DNA of 63,564 nt from Tubiluchus corallicola (GCA_030141605.1 JAQGDQ010001093.1:1-63564); one strand, 5' to 3'. Numbered from the stretch's first letter, positions 27,881 to 42,176 are shown. Made by a program: numbers and translations. The notes: generated from the sequence alone by a model not told the origin.

Positions 27881-28681
27881 TCAGAATTGCCTTGGCCGTT
27901 AACAGCGGCTAGTTTTTAAATTATCTTTAAAGTGTAGGGCCTATTTTTTTGTAAAAATAATTTTTGCAACTAAATCAATAAATTCAGTTATCATCAATGT
28001 TTTTCTCGCGATTATAAATTTGTTGGACAAAAACGACACAGATAATATTTTATTAAAGAATCTTAATATAATTTAGTTTTACAAAAACGGATTCATCTCA
28101 AAACCAGGCATCATTATATAAAGCTAAAAGCTAATTTTTTTCCACAGACTTTGTTTATCATATGAACAAAAACTCAATCAACAATGTATTCTGAGGATTA
28201 CAGCTTTTTTTAATCCTCTCATTCAATGAATATGATTTCATGGGCGGAGCTGCCACAACCAAACCGTGCGGATGTTTCATTCTCCGAGCTCTAACCCTTT
28301 ATTAGTTCATTTTCTCCCGATTAGAGTGCAGCGTTCTGAGGCTAAACAACCAGCTTTGCCCGCAAAAGAGGTAATTTAGACGATAAACAAACGCGTGACC
28401 ATATTGTCCCGGTTGAAAAGGGCAGCAGGATTTATTTTAATTGAACCGACGGCTTACTGTTTACTCCTGGTTTGTTGAGTTGAATCGACGACTCACTGTT
28501 TGTCCATAGTTTGTTGAGCTGCTCAAACAAATGTGGTTCCAAGGTTCTTGGGTGGTGAAATAAATAGTTCAAACAGCAGTGGGAGGGGAGAAATATTAGG
28601 CATATGGAACTATATACGTAAAATGACAGTGTTAAGAAGTGGGAATGTGTTATTATGAAAATGTTTAGGGGATGAGACAAT

Positions 28682-29040
28682 ATGCCTTTTTTCACAGATC
28701 CAGCAATTGATGATGGTCGTGAAAAGGTCAAAGGTTAAGTGTACTAGACAACGCATTTGTGTACACTTGACAACGCCTCGCAGCCCATGCTATTGTAATA
28801 GTAACAGTTTAAACAGCTACCTAGAACCCTACCTAGTTCATTTTTTCTTATTCTCAAGCAAGATCCCAGACTAATGCATAATTAAGTAAAGTCCAAGAAA
28901 ACAAACTGAACTTACTGAACTAGGCTTTGCTTTACCCACATTTCACTTAACGTTTGTAGCTAAGACGCGTTGCTGTGGTACATTTAACCTTTGACCTACA
29001 GCAACTGCGCGTGCGCACAACGATACGGTGAAAGGGCTTA
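28682..29040. mobile_element. Diverged inverted copy of the 7656-8032 MITE
   Basis: Shares gcaactgcgcgtgcgcacaacga, cagcccatgcta and ends gtgaaagggcttatt. Confidence 0.65.
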
Positions 29041-29229
29041 TTGTTTTAGAGAGCAGAGATTTTTTTGCAAATAGATGCTGTATTCAATTTAGTTGTTTTA
29101 ATCCAGCAGAAAATTCAAAGCTGGTTGCTGTGTGAATTGTTTAAGTGTTGCAGTTTTGATTTTTTGCCTATAATTTAGAATATCGTAGATCATTATTTTA
29201 AACAAAGCTAGGTGGAATTTGTGGATCTT

Positions 29230-29490
29230 GAAAACAATCTATTTTTTTTGTAAAAACTTATTATACTTTTGCTGAAAATTGACAGTGCGCTACTTTTCTT
29301 CAGGACGAATGACGTCACTGGAGGAAGAATGGACATTGAAAATGGAAGCGCCCAAGCATGAAATGATCGCGACTGTAAAGTGTTTTACTAATTACAAGAG
29401 GCGCTTATTGCAGTTTTGTTACTAAATCCTTCTAAAATTCGTGAATATTGAAATGGGTCTTTACCTCCTAGAAGGCTTTGGCTTTCCTTT
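29230..29490 (-). mobile_element. Family B MITE fragment
   Basis: gacagtgcgctacttttcttcaggacgaatgacgtca ... ctttcctttc, matching 52800-53018. Confidence 0.65.
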
Positions 29491-30391
29491 CAGCAATTAT
29501 GACCCAGAGAACGGCGACCCCTTAAAATACTTTAATATTTAAGTTGAAAATTTTACACAGCGTTACTGCTAATACTAGGTCTGCATGCAATAAGATACAG
29601 TATTAAAGTTGTACAAAATTTAAAACAATTTTTTATGTAGAAATGCTATTTTTTGTCTATTAAAAAAAGTAAAAGACCTCATAACAGAAGCTGACCAGCT
29701 ATTTTTCCAAATTTTCACACGAATTTTCCACTCATCACAATACTACGCAATTATGACCCAGCGTAAGAAGAAAATGGCGGCGTCTTTCATTGAGTTAATA
29801 ACATCTTTTCACCTGCCCAGTCGACACCAATTAACTTGGACACTCAATGGGTCGCAGGTAATAACAATCAACGATTCCAGCGTGTGTTCCACAAAAAACG
29901 CGCGTGTGTCATGATGAAAACCACCATGGCATGTCAAGCTGTATAGATGACTGACGTTTTGATAACTGCAGTCTGACAGACAATAGTGCAAACAGACCTA
30001 ACGCGCATTAATACTTATTATCGGTCGATAAAAATCAATGTTTTTTTATTTTAAATGTCATTATTAATTATTATGAATGCTATTAGCTGTGCCTTTGACG
30101 TGACTCAAAATTATTATTGCCCCCTTCTTACTATTGTAAGATAAAAATGGCGGCGCCCCAGCCTTCCTTATGCCTCCGCCCATAAGAGGTCCTTTCTTGA
30201 AAAAAGGTCAAGTGGTCAATTACATGTAGTGCGCCCTCTATTGCAAGATTAAGATAAGATTCTATAGTAATAATTAGTTTTTATTATTAGTGCACAAATG
30301 GCCAGAACAAAGATTCATATTTTAGGCAGCTTAATTTAGACGTAGCTAATTGCGTTCCGTTTCTGTTTTTCCCTTTTTGTTTGGTACTTAA

Positions 30392-30858
30392 AGGACAAAG
30401 AAAAACACCCTTCATAAATAAAGTTTAAAAATTCGTCTTGAAATTTTATATCACTTACATGCTGCCTTATTACATACAGGGCTTGTGTTACCAGTAGCGC
30501 TCTACAAAATGTGTAAATATAACCGTTAGGCGCAGCCATTTTAATGGTCAGTTATTTGAAACAAGTTCAGATAACATTGTGCAAAGTTTGAAAAGATAAT
30601 CAGAGCATTCGTAGCACATTCTTTTTTCTAACAAAGCAAAAGTTTGAATTACTTTATGTTGTCAATAAAATCAATAGTGTGTACTTTAGTGAGCCAGTGG
30701 TGCATACTGGGATTGCGATGCGGTGCCGTTTTGCCTGTTGGCACGAACATTTTAAATTATTAAAAAATTTCTTTTCAAGTTACAAAAGCAGGTAAACGTG
30801 ATACAACTTTGTAAAGAAACCTTTTTGGGGTATACTTCAAAATTTCAATGCTTCTCCT
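30392..30858 (-). mobile_element. Diverged family D-related TTAA MITE
   Basis: TTAA|aggac ... ctcct|TTAA; shares accgttaggcgcagccattttaat with family D. Confidence 0.65.
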
Positions 30859-30914
30859 TTAAATGCTATTGGAAAACATGATATTTTTACATATTTATTT
30901 ATCAGTGTCAAAAA

Positions 30915-31907
30915 TATATACAAGACATACATACAATTTCAATTTTGAAATATACAAAAAACAAGACATATATACAATTTCAATTTTGAACTATGCAAAA
31001 AAACAAGACATACATACAATTTCAATTACGGAATATGCAAAAAAACAAGACATATGTACAATTTCAATTATGAAATATGCAAAAAACAAGACATATATAC
31101 AATTTCAATTATGGAATATGCAAAAAAACAAAACATATGTACAATTTCAATTATGAAATATGCAAAAAACAAGACATATATACAATTTCGATTATGAAAT
31201 ATACAAAAAAACAAGACATATATACAATTTCAATTATGGAATATGCAAAAAAACAAGACATAAGTACAATTTCAATTATGAAATATGCAAAAAACAAGAC
31301 ATATATACAATTTCAATTATGAAATATGCAAAAAAAGAAGACATATATACAATTTCGATTATGAAATATGCAAAAAACAAGACATATATACAATTTCAAT
31401 TATGGAATATGCAAAAAAACAAGACATAAGTACAATTTCAATTATGAAATATACAAAAAAACAAGACATATATACAATTTCGATTATGAAATATGCAAAA
31501 AACAAGACATATATACAATTTCAATTATGAAATATGCAAAAAAGAAGACATATATACAATTTCGATTATGAAATATGCAAAAAACAAGACATATATACAA
31601 TTTCAATTATGAAATATGCAAAAAACAAGACATATATACAATTTCAATTTTGAAATATGCAAAAAAAGAAGACATATATACAATTTCGATTATGAAATAT
31701 GCAAAAAACAAGACATATATACAATTTCAATTATGAAATATGCAAAAAACAAGACATATATACAATTTCAATTATGAAATATGCAAAAAACAAGACATAT
31801 ATACAATTTCAATTTCGAAATATGCAAAAAAAGAAGACATATATACAATTTCAATTATGAAATATACAAAAAAACAAGACACATATACAATTTCAATTAT
31901 GAAATAT
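30915..31907. repeat. 41-42-bp AT-rich minisatellite, ~24 copies
   Basis: Unit aaaaaacaagacatatatacaatttcaattatgaaatatgc. Confidence 0.95.
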
Positions 31908-32398
31908 AATGACATTATAATTATACAAACAAAACAATTACTAATAAAACAAATATTGTTAAATCTTCTTGTTAGTTATATAATTAGTTATTTAATGAAA
32001 AGTTTAATGATTAGTTTAAAAAATATGAATGGAATCAGATCTAAGCGCTTAACTGGTTTAACTGTCACGCTGTGCTAATTTTATTTACAAAGACTCAACT
32101 CGATCTTGACTCCTCCTGTGCTTATAAAAATTAAACTTTAATTCGAAAACAATGTGGCCACTTGCGCTTGAAAGTACCCACCAGGCGTCAACAATAGAGC
32201 ATGCTGACAGGGTAAAAGATGGATTAGCAACACGTGAAATTTCTTACTTCTACAAAGGTTCAATTTAAAGCAATTTATTAATCCATCTATCACAGTTTAA
32301 AACCAGCCAATATCAGAAGGAAATTTGGCACAAATGGAGAACCCGATTCTATGAATAACAATGCTATAACGGTTTACGTTAAATAAGCTTAATCTTAA

Positions 32399-32859
32399 CC
32401 CTTTCATACCAGTTGTATCCCGCGGGATACGAGAATATTTTCTGCCTTTAAAATTAATAAAATTTTAAAACTGACAGTTATTTGATCTGTTAATGGTTAT
32501 TTTGATTTAAGCCATTAACAATAGACTAAAAATGGTGATAAAGTGACAAACTAGAAAATCTACATAGCATAAAAAAAACTGCACAAGGTACAGTACTTTA
32601 GAGACGACATTGTACAGATCAGCATAGCCTGCATACTAAATGTCTTAAATACTTTAAAAAATTATCAACAGTTGCAAAATGAAGCATATTTTATGCTTCC
32701 ATTGAATCCCAATGTAACCCGCGGGATACATTCTATATTTAGCACGCGGGCACAGGTAGAAAAAAAATAAATATTATGTGTAAACAAGATGGACATACTG
32801 AACAAAAGTACCAAACCAAAATTTTTTTCTTATTAAAAAATAATTTGGGACTGAAAGGG
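32399..32859 (+). mobile_element. piggyBac-like MITE
   Basis: TTAA|ccctttca ... tgaaaggg|TTAA; inverted copy at 53622-54081. Confidence 0.85.
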
Positions 32860-33008
32860 TTAACGTAAATTATTATTTTTTAAAGATAATTTAAACTTCA
32901 CTCTATTTTAATTAATGTTACGTAAAGTCGTTTTAGTGTAACCTAATTTAATTGTTATTTAAAACCTCAGTGTGTCTTAATTAATGTAATGTAATATGTA
33001 ATACTTCT

Positions 33009-33625
33009 GCCCGAAAACCTTAATATAGCTGTCTTAGGAACTAATGATCTGTTGAAGTTGTTATTGTTCGGAAAAGATGAATTTAACTATGTTGCTAACT
33101 GTAAAATATTCCAATGTGTACATGACTTTATATTATGTACTAAACGCTTCCAGTAGTTTCTATCTGATATGAAATGCATCAGTCTTAAATAATCGTACAT
33201 TAATATTTTCTAACCGTCATTTTCTACTAATGTCTAATGTAATCTTGTAGTAAAACTTGTCAGTTTGTGTAGTTATAGTCTATTCTTACTGTAAATGTTA
33301 CTAATGTCTAATGTAATCTTGTAGTAAAACTTGTCAGCTTGTGTAGCTATGGTCTATTCTTACTGTAAATGTTACTAATGTCTAATGTATTCTTGTAGTA
33401 AAACTTGTCAGCTTGTGTAGCTATGGTCTATTCTTACTGTAAATGTTACTAATGTCTAATGTATTCTTGTAGTAAAACTTGTCAGCTTGTGTAGTTATAG
33501 TCTATTCTTACTGTAAATGTTCTTGTAAATAGTGTATAAAGTCTGTTGTGGTGAGGATCCTAAATCATGTTGTTCAAACTGTCTGATCCAATCCTATAAT
33601 AAATTATGTTTAAACTAAACTAACC
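33009..33625 (+). mobile_element. 5'-truncated CR1/L2-type LINE (ORF2 C-terminus plus 3' UTR with ~74-bp tandem repeats)
   Basis: GTNDLLKLLLFGKDEFNYVANCKIFQCVHDFILCTKRFQ* resembles LINE ORF2 ends; followed by aataaa and an (aaact)n tail. Confidence 0.65.
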
Positions 33626-34091
33626 TTCGGGTTACAAGAGTTTTAATGAACTTTAATAAATTTTAATTAACTGAAATGAATGTTTAAATATTTTGGTTTT
33701 CTTACAACTGGTGAAACGACACTGCATCGCCATCCCAGTGTGCACCACTGGCTCACATATGTTCACATTATTGACAACATAAAGTAATCCAGACATTTGC
33801 TTTGTTAGCAAAGAGTGCGCTACGAATACTCTCATTATTTTCAAACTTATCTAACCTTATTTCAAAATTAAAGTAACAAAGTCGGAAACTAAAAATAACT
33901 TTTGTTTTGACATTTTCAATTAACTACGCCAGCTTTGAGTTTCGACACTTTTTGTTGCTTATTGAAATATGTTATTACAGAGTTGGAAATGGGTCTGCAA
34001 TCTTGGATCTTAGGTCTCAAATCAGACCCAGCTGACCTAGGTAAAAATTAACTACAGTCATATTTAAAGAAATCAAGTTTGAAGTTAATTA

Positions 34092-34410
34092 TCATAAAGA
34101 AGACAAAGTGCTCTTTAAATCTCGAAAACTTTTATTTTTCCAGACGCTTCAGTCCTTCGCGGACTTTGTCAACCGTAAGTTAGAGATACAATTTTAAAAA
34201 ATCATAAAAATTACAAATAAAATTGAGAAACAATAATAAAAATCATAAAAACTACAATTGAATCTACATGCAAAGTGTAAGTATGTGTAATTTTATCTAT
34301 AATTTTTATGATTTTTTAATATTGTATCTCTAACTTACAGTCCTTGAAGGACGGAAGCTTCTGGAAAAATAAAAGTTTTTGGTATTTAAAGGGCACGTTC
34401 TCTTCTTCAT
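34092..34410. repeat. Imperfect palindrome with ~120-bp arms
   Basis: aaaacttttatttttccaga...gtaagttagagatacaat...aatcataaaaatta is mirrored at 34299-34410. Confidence 0.8.
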
Positions 34411-35427
34411 TGATGATGATCATGGCGATTCTCAGAAGACTTCTATCTTGTTTTGAACTTTGTTATTTTAAGTTAATCAACCCCACTTTTATGACTGCAT
34501 TCGAATTTTTGTCACTGCAATGATTGTATCACTCAGAAATCGCTGCTTTTGGATCATGTGGGTGTTGGGTCACCCTCAGGGACCCATTTCTTGCTCTGCG
34601 TTACCTTAGTAACAGCTGATTTTAAATTTCCCCATTCTTTAGAACTTCCTGTGAATTTTTCTGAGGATGAATTTCAAATTAAAAATGGCAAAAGTTGAAT
34701 TCTGAATAGACAGTTTTAAAAAATAACTAAAACACAGATGATGCTAAATCATGACTATCCTTTAATGCTTGATCATTAAGCTAAATTATCATTTTTTACT
34801 ATAAAGCAATTTAAGCGTACTTACATCTGATTATTTTTCACTAGCTTTCGGAGATACTGTACACGTTCTTATATTGAATTTGAATGAAATGTTTTACGCG
34901 TACGTAGGCTATAATTACAATTTTTGACTTTTACATGCAAAGATAATATTTTTCTGTTGTCTTTGAGATGGTAAAAGTAATAGGAGGAAACTTGGTATAA
35001 AATTTGTAGTTAAAATGTGTATAATCATGTGTTTTTATGCTCAAAAAGATTTCCTCTCTTCTTTCAAAACTAAAAAGATTATATGTACTTGCTTGCTTAA
35101 ATGCTGGACAAATCTAACTAATTTTTTTACTAAGATGAGTACCATACATAAAAAATTATAATATTTTTGTTTTGGAAATCAATAATGCTAGTGGCTTTCC
35201 CGGTTTAAAATTACCGTTAGATGGGAGTCCCATTGTTCAGTTAGCAAAACTCTAGAAGGCAGGCCTATTCAAAGGACAACAATGGTTCAACAATGCAAAA
35301 AACAGGTATAAACTGAACAATGGTGATAGGCGAAGACAGAAATTATAAATAATCATGATTCCAGAATTTCTTCTGCCTTCATAAACAATTAAAGTAAAAT
35401 TTGATTACTTGTCTAAGCTAGTAATAT

Positions 35428-35940
35428 TTTAGATTAGATTAGATTTTTAGATTTAATATATTTATTTCGCAATAAACATATACATTACATGTGCATCGAT
35501 AATCAGTTTTTGTTAATATAAAAACATGATACAATTCATGAATTCTGCGCTAGAGATCCAAGAAGCTACCTTATGCTAGGCCACTAGAATTAGTTACGAA
35601 AAAAATTACAATATATACAGATACAATATTACAATATATACAGATACAATATTACAATATATACAAATATAAATGCGGGTGGTAATTAAAAAAATATTAT
35701 TATACTAGAGGGGAAGTTTTTGAAAATGAAAAACAACAGATCATGATTGAGTGATCAGTTATATGTTTCAAGTAAGTTTAATTTATATTTTTTTAAATAT
35801 GGACAGCGAGTTGGCATTTTTAATAGCTGGAGCAATTGAATTCCATATGTAAGGGCCATTGTATTTAATAGAAAATTTTATAACATTTGTGTTGCACTGT
35901 ATGTAGTGATAGTAATATCTGCTGCAGTAAACAAAGATAC
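35428..35940 (-). mobile_element. L2/CR1-type LINE 3' fragment
   Basis: FSIKYNGPYIWNSIAPAIKNANSLSIFKK C-terminal motif; (aatct)n tail near 35430. Confidence 0.65.
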
Positions 35941-35992
35941 ATGCACGTGTTGATCGTGTGCCATTGTTGTGCTTAATCGGAAGATTTCTTAA

Positions 35993-36540
35993 AGCAAAGG
36001 CCAAGCCTTGTAGTAGGATAGACTTATTTCAATGTTTGCGAAAAATGTTGGAAGGATTTAGTAATAAAACTGCAATAAGCGTCTCGTGTAACTAGTGAAA
36101 TCAGTTTAAAGGCGTGACCATTACAAGCTTAGGTGCTCCATTTTTGAACGCTCATTCTTCCACCAATGACGTCATTCGTTGGCTGAATAAAAAGATACGC
36201 GTTGTCAACTTAATTGAAAACTATAACAAGTTTTTACAAAAAAATTCATTACTAATTTTGTAACATTTTTGCGCGAGTATTAAGTTGTTTAAATTAGTAT
36301 AAGCAGCGCACCTTTACGAAAAACCAAGATTCGCTTACGAAAAGTCACGAAGTCCACCAGTTTCGTCACAATTTTCAAGTTAATGGCAGCTGCCAATACA
36401 ACAGAAAATTTCTATACTGCGACAATATAAATTGACCTTACGTTATGGACAGTTTTTTTTAAATTTGTTTGCTGTATTTTTCTAAGTTTAAGTAATAACT
36501 GTAAAGTAAACCCAACATGCAAATTAACTTGCCTTTTCCT
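35993..36540 (+). mobile_element. Kolobok/T2-like MITE family B
   Basis: TTAA|agcaaaggccaag ... cttgccttttcct|TTAA. Confidence 0.75.
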
Positions 36541-37094
36541 TTAATCTCTTCTTACTTGCAACTACATTTGCCCTAATTAAATTAACTGCAATTAAATAAT
36601 GTAATCATATCATCAACGACAAACATATAATACGAACAATAAAGGCCTGTTCACACGGTAGTCTCGTTACGATAGCTGCCATATTCATTTTAGTTGTCCC
36701 TAATGAATTCTTGCTGTTAGACGGGCCGAGAGTTCTCATCGTTTTGTGAATTCCCGGTGGTGGCCATTATCTCGACATTATAAACGCTTGATGAACTTAC
36801 ACAGAGAGCTAAACGGTGAATAATCATTAAACTGTATAAATAAGTGATTTACGACCCCGAGCAAGACGTGTGGATAATCAGAGCGAAAGTGAGACTATAA
36901 TCACGCGGGCGTGCGACTCTTTTACCCTGGTGGTTTAAGTGTTACGTCACCTGCGAAAACAAAAGAGCATTCTGATATTTTAAATTGTAACCACGAGGCA
37001 GAATGAAGGGGGATTTTAATTTTCCGTGGTATTGTTGTAAAATTGTTGAAGCTTTTGTCTACTGTAGCAGATATTAGTAAGAAAGGCCAAGGTG

Positions 37095-37161
37095 CAGGAC
37101 CTATTTCAGCTTAAGCGAGGCCCGGGGAAGTATCCTACTTACTCCCCTGAAATAGGGCCTG
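37095..37161. mobile_element. 67-bp hAT-type mini-MITE with 8-bp TSD
   Basis: CCAAGGTG|caggacctatttcag ... ctgaaatagggcctg|CCAAGGTG. Confidence 0.8.
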
Positions 37162-37759
37162 CCAAGGTGTAGAAACAGAGATTGTTTGTAATAGTGAATC
37201 ATGTGCTGTTTGTGTTTTATGTTGACAAACAAACAAAATCATCAAGTACTGCTTAGTATAATATTTTATTGTTCGTACACCATCACCACACCACATGCCC
37301 TTTCGTCATTTCACTTCATATTTGACATGAGACGCCATTTCCCAAAATTATACATTTTATCTGGAATGAAATGCAAATTCTTTTAAATAAACTAATCCAT
37401 TTCCTGTCTAAAAGTCAATTACCATTAAGTAAAATTAATCAGAGACTTTCAGTGAATAACTAAATAAATTTAAACAAAATATATAAATATCTTTGGCATC
37501 AAATCATGAGTTACACAGAAACTTTGTCATCACGTCATCACTGCTTTGAAAACATTGAAACTTGAATGACAGGTATTTAAAACTAGGACGCTAATATTGA
37601 AGCCAGATGTCATCACAGGTAAGAACAGGTAAGTCAACTTAATCTAATCAAAACGCACATTTAACTATTATAAGTTATATTATTAGAACAAATAATTTGG
37701 CTGTTTAATAAGCAAAATTCATTAACATATGGAACATAATCCCCCTGCCTGGGGAATGT

Positions 37760-38686
37760 GCCCTGTGAGTTTCGTGACCCTAGCCCTGTGAGTTTCGTGA
37801 CCCTAGCCCTGTGAGTTTCGTGACCCTAGCCCTGTGAGTTTCGTGACCCTAGCCCTGTGAGTTTCGTGACCTTAGCCCTGTGAGCATCGTGACCCTAGCC
37901 CTGTGAGTTTCGCGACCCTAGCCCTGCGAGCTTCGCGACCCTAGCCCTGCGATTTTCGTGGCCTTAGCCCTGTGAGTTTCGTGACCCTAGCCCTGTGAGT
38001 TTCGAGACCCTAGCCCTGTGAGTTTCGTGACCCTAGCCCTGTGAGTTTCGTGACCTTAGCCCTGTGAGTTTCGAGACCCTAGCCCTGTGAGTTTCGTGAC
38101 CCTAGCCCTGTGAGTTTCGCGACCCTAGCCCTGTGAGTTTCGCGACCCTAGCCCTGTGAGTTTCGTGACCCTAGCCCTGTGAGTTTCGCGACCCTAGCCC
38201 TGTGAGTTTCGCGACCCTAGCCCTGTGAGTTTCGCGACCCTAGCCCTGTGAGTTTCGTGACCCTAGCCCTGTGAGTTTCGCGACCATAACCCTGTGAATT
38301 TTCGTGACCCTAGCCTTGTGAGTTTCGTGACCCTAGCCCTGCGAGTTTCGTGACCCTAGCCCTGTTAGTTTCGTGACCCTAGCCCTGCGAGTTTCGTGAC
38401 CCTAGCCTTGTGAGTTTCGTGACCCTAGCCCTGCGAGTTTCGTGACCCTAGCCCTGTTAGTTTCGTGACCCTAGCCCTGCGAGTTTCGTCACCCTAGCCC
38501 TGTGAGTTTCGTGACCCTAGCCCTGCGAGTTTCGTGACCTTAGCCCTGCGAGTTTCGTGACCTTAGCCCTGTGAGTTTCGTGACCTTAGCCCTGTGAGTT
38601 TCGTGACCTTAGCCCTGCGAGTTTCGTGACCCTAGCCCTGTGAGTTTGGTGACCCTAGCCCTGTGAGTTTGGTGACCCTAGCCCTA
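37760..38686. repeat. 23-bp GC-rich minisatellite, ~40 copies
   Basis: Unit gccctgtgagtttcgtgacccta. Confidence 0.97.
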
Positions 38687-39179
38687 TGAACACATTGAAA
38701 TGACGTAATCACTGAAGCCAGACATGTACTTTAAAATTAGGAAGAAACAAGCGGGAATGTGTTTCAATAAAATGCTTAATATAAAATTACTTCATAATTA
38801 TCGAAACAGAATTTAGTCAAAGTTAAAGACTAAAACGCAACTGGAAATACCTGCCTTCATAGAAAGGCGCCACGTGCCACGCCACCTGCGCCACACATTT
38901 TTTACTGGAACGTCGCTTTCAATCAATTTTTTAAACTCCTTTCTCTCTTCAAGCTTTAAATTAGCTCACGCCGGGGCGGATCCATGCTCACGCCGGGGCG
39001 GATCCATGCTAACGCTACTTCATCAAAGTTTATGCCCATTCCATTGTTCAAATTAATGGCGTAATTTGAAGGGTACCGGGCAAAACTGATAGGGCGTATC
39101 AATCACGCAGAAAATTCATTCTTTCGTTTATTCACTTGCTCATTTAGCCGTTTAATTTTTCATGCACTTACACATTCGT

Positions 39180-40960
39180 TTATTCATTCATTCATTCATT
39201 CATTCATTCATTCATTCATTCATTCATTCATTCATTCATTCATTCATTCATTCATTCATTCATTCATTCATTCATTCATTCATTCAATGATTCATTCGTT
39301 TATTCATTCATTCATTCATTCATTCATTCATTCATTCATTCATTCATTCATTCATTCATTCATTCATTCATTCATTCATTCTTTCATTCATTCATTCATT
39401 CATTCATTCGTTCGTTCGTTCATTCGTTCATTCATTCATTCATTCATTCATTCATTCATTCATTCATTCGTTCGTGCGTTCATTCGTTCGTTCGTTCATT
39501 CGTTCATTCGTTCATTCGTTCATTCGTTCATTCGTTCATTCGTTCATTCGTTCATTCATTCATTCGTTCATTCGTTCATTCGTTCATTCATTCATTCGTT
39601 CATTCATTCATTCATTCATTCATTCATTCATTCATTCATTCATTCATTCATTCATTCATTCATTCATTCATTCATTCATTCATTCATTCATTCATTCATT
39701 CATTCATTCATTCATTCATTCATTCATTCATTCATTCATTCATTCATTCATTCATTCATTCATTCATTCATTCATTCATTCATTCATTCATTCATTCATT
39801 CGTTCATTCGTTCATTCATTCATTCATTCATTCATTCATTCATTCATTCTTTCATTCATTCATTCAGTTCATTCATTCATTCATTCATTCATTCATTCAT
39901 TCATTCATTCATTCATTCATTCATTCTTTCATTCATTCAAACATTCATTCGTTCATTCATTCATTCATTCATTCATTCATTCATTCATTCATTCACTCAT
40001 TCATTCATTATTTCATTCATTCATTCAACAGTTCATTCGTTCATTCGTTCATTCATTCATTCATTCATTCATTCATTCATTCATTCTTTCATTCATTCAA
40101 TAGTTCATTCGTTCATTCATTCATTCATTCATTCATTCATTCATTCATTCATTCATTCTTTCATTCATTCAATAATTCATTCGTTCATTCATTCATTCAT
40201 TCATTCATTCATTCATTCATTCATTCACTCATTCATTCATTGGATTCTTCATTCATTCATTCGTTCATTCATTCATTCATTCATTCATTCATTCATTCAT
40301 TCATTCATTCTTTCATTCATTCATTCGTTCATTCGTTCATTCATTCATTCATTCATTCATTCATTCATTCATTCATTCATTCATTCATTCATTCATTCAT
40401 TCATTCATTCATTCATTCATTCATTCATTCATTCATTCATTCATTCATTCATTCATTCATTCATTCATTTGTTCATTCATTCATTCATTCGTTCATTCAT
40501 TCATTCATTCATTCATTCATTCATTCATTCATTCATTCATTCATTCATTCATTCATTCATTCATTCATTCATCATTCATCATTCATCATTCATATTATCA
40601 TTCATTCATCCATCATCCATCATCCATTCATTCATTCATCCATCCATCCATCCATCCATCCATTCATTCATTCATTCATCCATCCATTCATTAATTCATT
40701 CATTCATTCATTCATTCATTAATGCATGCATTAATTCATTTATTTATTTATTCATTCATTCATTCATTCATTCATTCATTCATTCATTCATTCATTCATT
40801 CATTCATTCATTCATTCATTCATTCATTCATTCATTCATTCGTTCATTCATTCGTTCATGCATACATTCATTCATTCGTTTATTCGCTCATTCATTTATT
40901 CATGCGTTCATTCGTTTATTCATGTTCATTTTTTCATTTTCATTCATTCGTTCATCAGTT
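39180..40960. repeat. ~1.8-kb (CATT)n microsatellite
   Basis: Direct reading. Confidence 0.97.
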
Positions 40961-41636
40961 TCTTCATTCTTTCACTCCATTATTCTTCTTGCCGTCTCTT
41001 TCTTTCATTTGTTTCAAAATGCGTCTCCTCGTTACCTCTTCCCTTCTCCTGGTCAAACTAAATGCATCTTACATCAAGCATCAACTCTAATCTTAATGAG
41101 CTCATTAACTAACGGGCAGCAGACGTATTCCACACACCATTACCATTCAGGGAGGTTAATTATTATGAATTTTTCAGCTTCTCTTCCTCCGGCAGACAGC
41201 TCTGCCGCCCGATTCTCTGTATTTCTTCAAACCTCCGTAAAATCTGACCACAAAAGGGAAGGAGTTTGGTGCAAAAAGGACAACGGGACTATTTGCATAA
41301 TATCCATTCGCGTTAAACGAACGATTTCACCAAAACTTTCGCCTTTGCTCCTGGGCAGAAAGGGTCACGTGTCAATATGGCTCGTGCGGGTTCCCTTTCA
41401 TTAAACCTGGAACCCTTTTTCTTTGCTTCTAACAATAAAATGTTGCATAATAATCCGGTCAGAGTCAGAATATTATACTTACGTTAAATTACTGCAGATA
41501 TTCTAGGCCTATATTATTATTAATTTTATCATATATTCGTGTATAAAAATTACATTGATACAACACAGTCACACAGTACATGAGTAATACTTACAAATAT
41601 AATTAATTACATACAAAATATATATATATTTACATT

Positions 41637-42020
41637 ATATTGTATTGTATTGTATTGCATTGCATTGCATTGTATTGTATTGTATTGTATTGTATTGTAT
41701 TGTATTGTATTGTATTGTATTGTATTATATTGTATTGTATTGTATTGTATTGTATTGTATTGTATTGTATTGTATTGTATTGTATTGTATTGTATTGTAT
41801 TGTATTGTATTGTATTGTATTGTATTGTATTGTATTGTATTGTATTGTATTGTATTGTATTGTATTGTATTGCATTGTATTGTATTGTATTGTATTGTAT
41901 TGTATTGTATTGTATTGCATTGTATTGCATTGTATTGTATTGTATTGTATTGTATTGTATTGTATTGCATTGCATTGCATTGCATTGCATTGCATTGCAT
42001 TGCATTGCATTATATTATAT
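41637..42020. repeat. (ATTGT)n/(ATTGC)n microsatellite
   Basis: Direct reading. Confidence 0.95.
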
Positions 42021-42176
42021 TATATATATTATTATACTTACATTTTACAATACATTACACACAAAATTATTTAACGAAAAAAACAAAATAATTAGGAAAC
42101 AATGAACGACAATAATAATTATTAACTTAAAAATGTTTGTATGTAATTAACCCTTCAAAAAACCCTTCAACGTTAA

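Noticed and set aside
29770-30160. Two YY1-type AAAATGGCGGC motifs suggesting a hidden promoter
   Set aside because: No associated exon or ORF seen; the motif is common in transposon remnants.
37760-38686. Interstitial telomere
   Set aside because: No (TTAGGG)n runs; only isolated variant hexamers.
39287-41404. 705-aa ORF (HSFI repeats) and overlapping ORFs
   Set aside because: Translation of a (CATT)n microsatellite; the unique tail has no recognisable domain.
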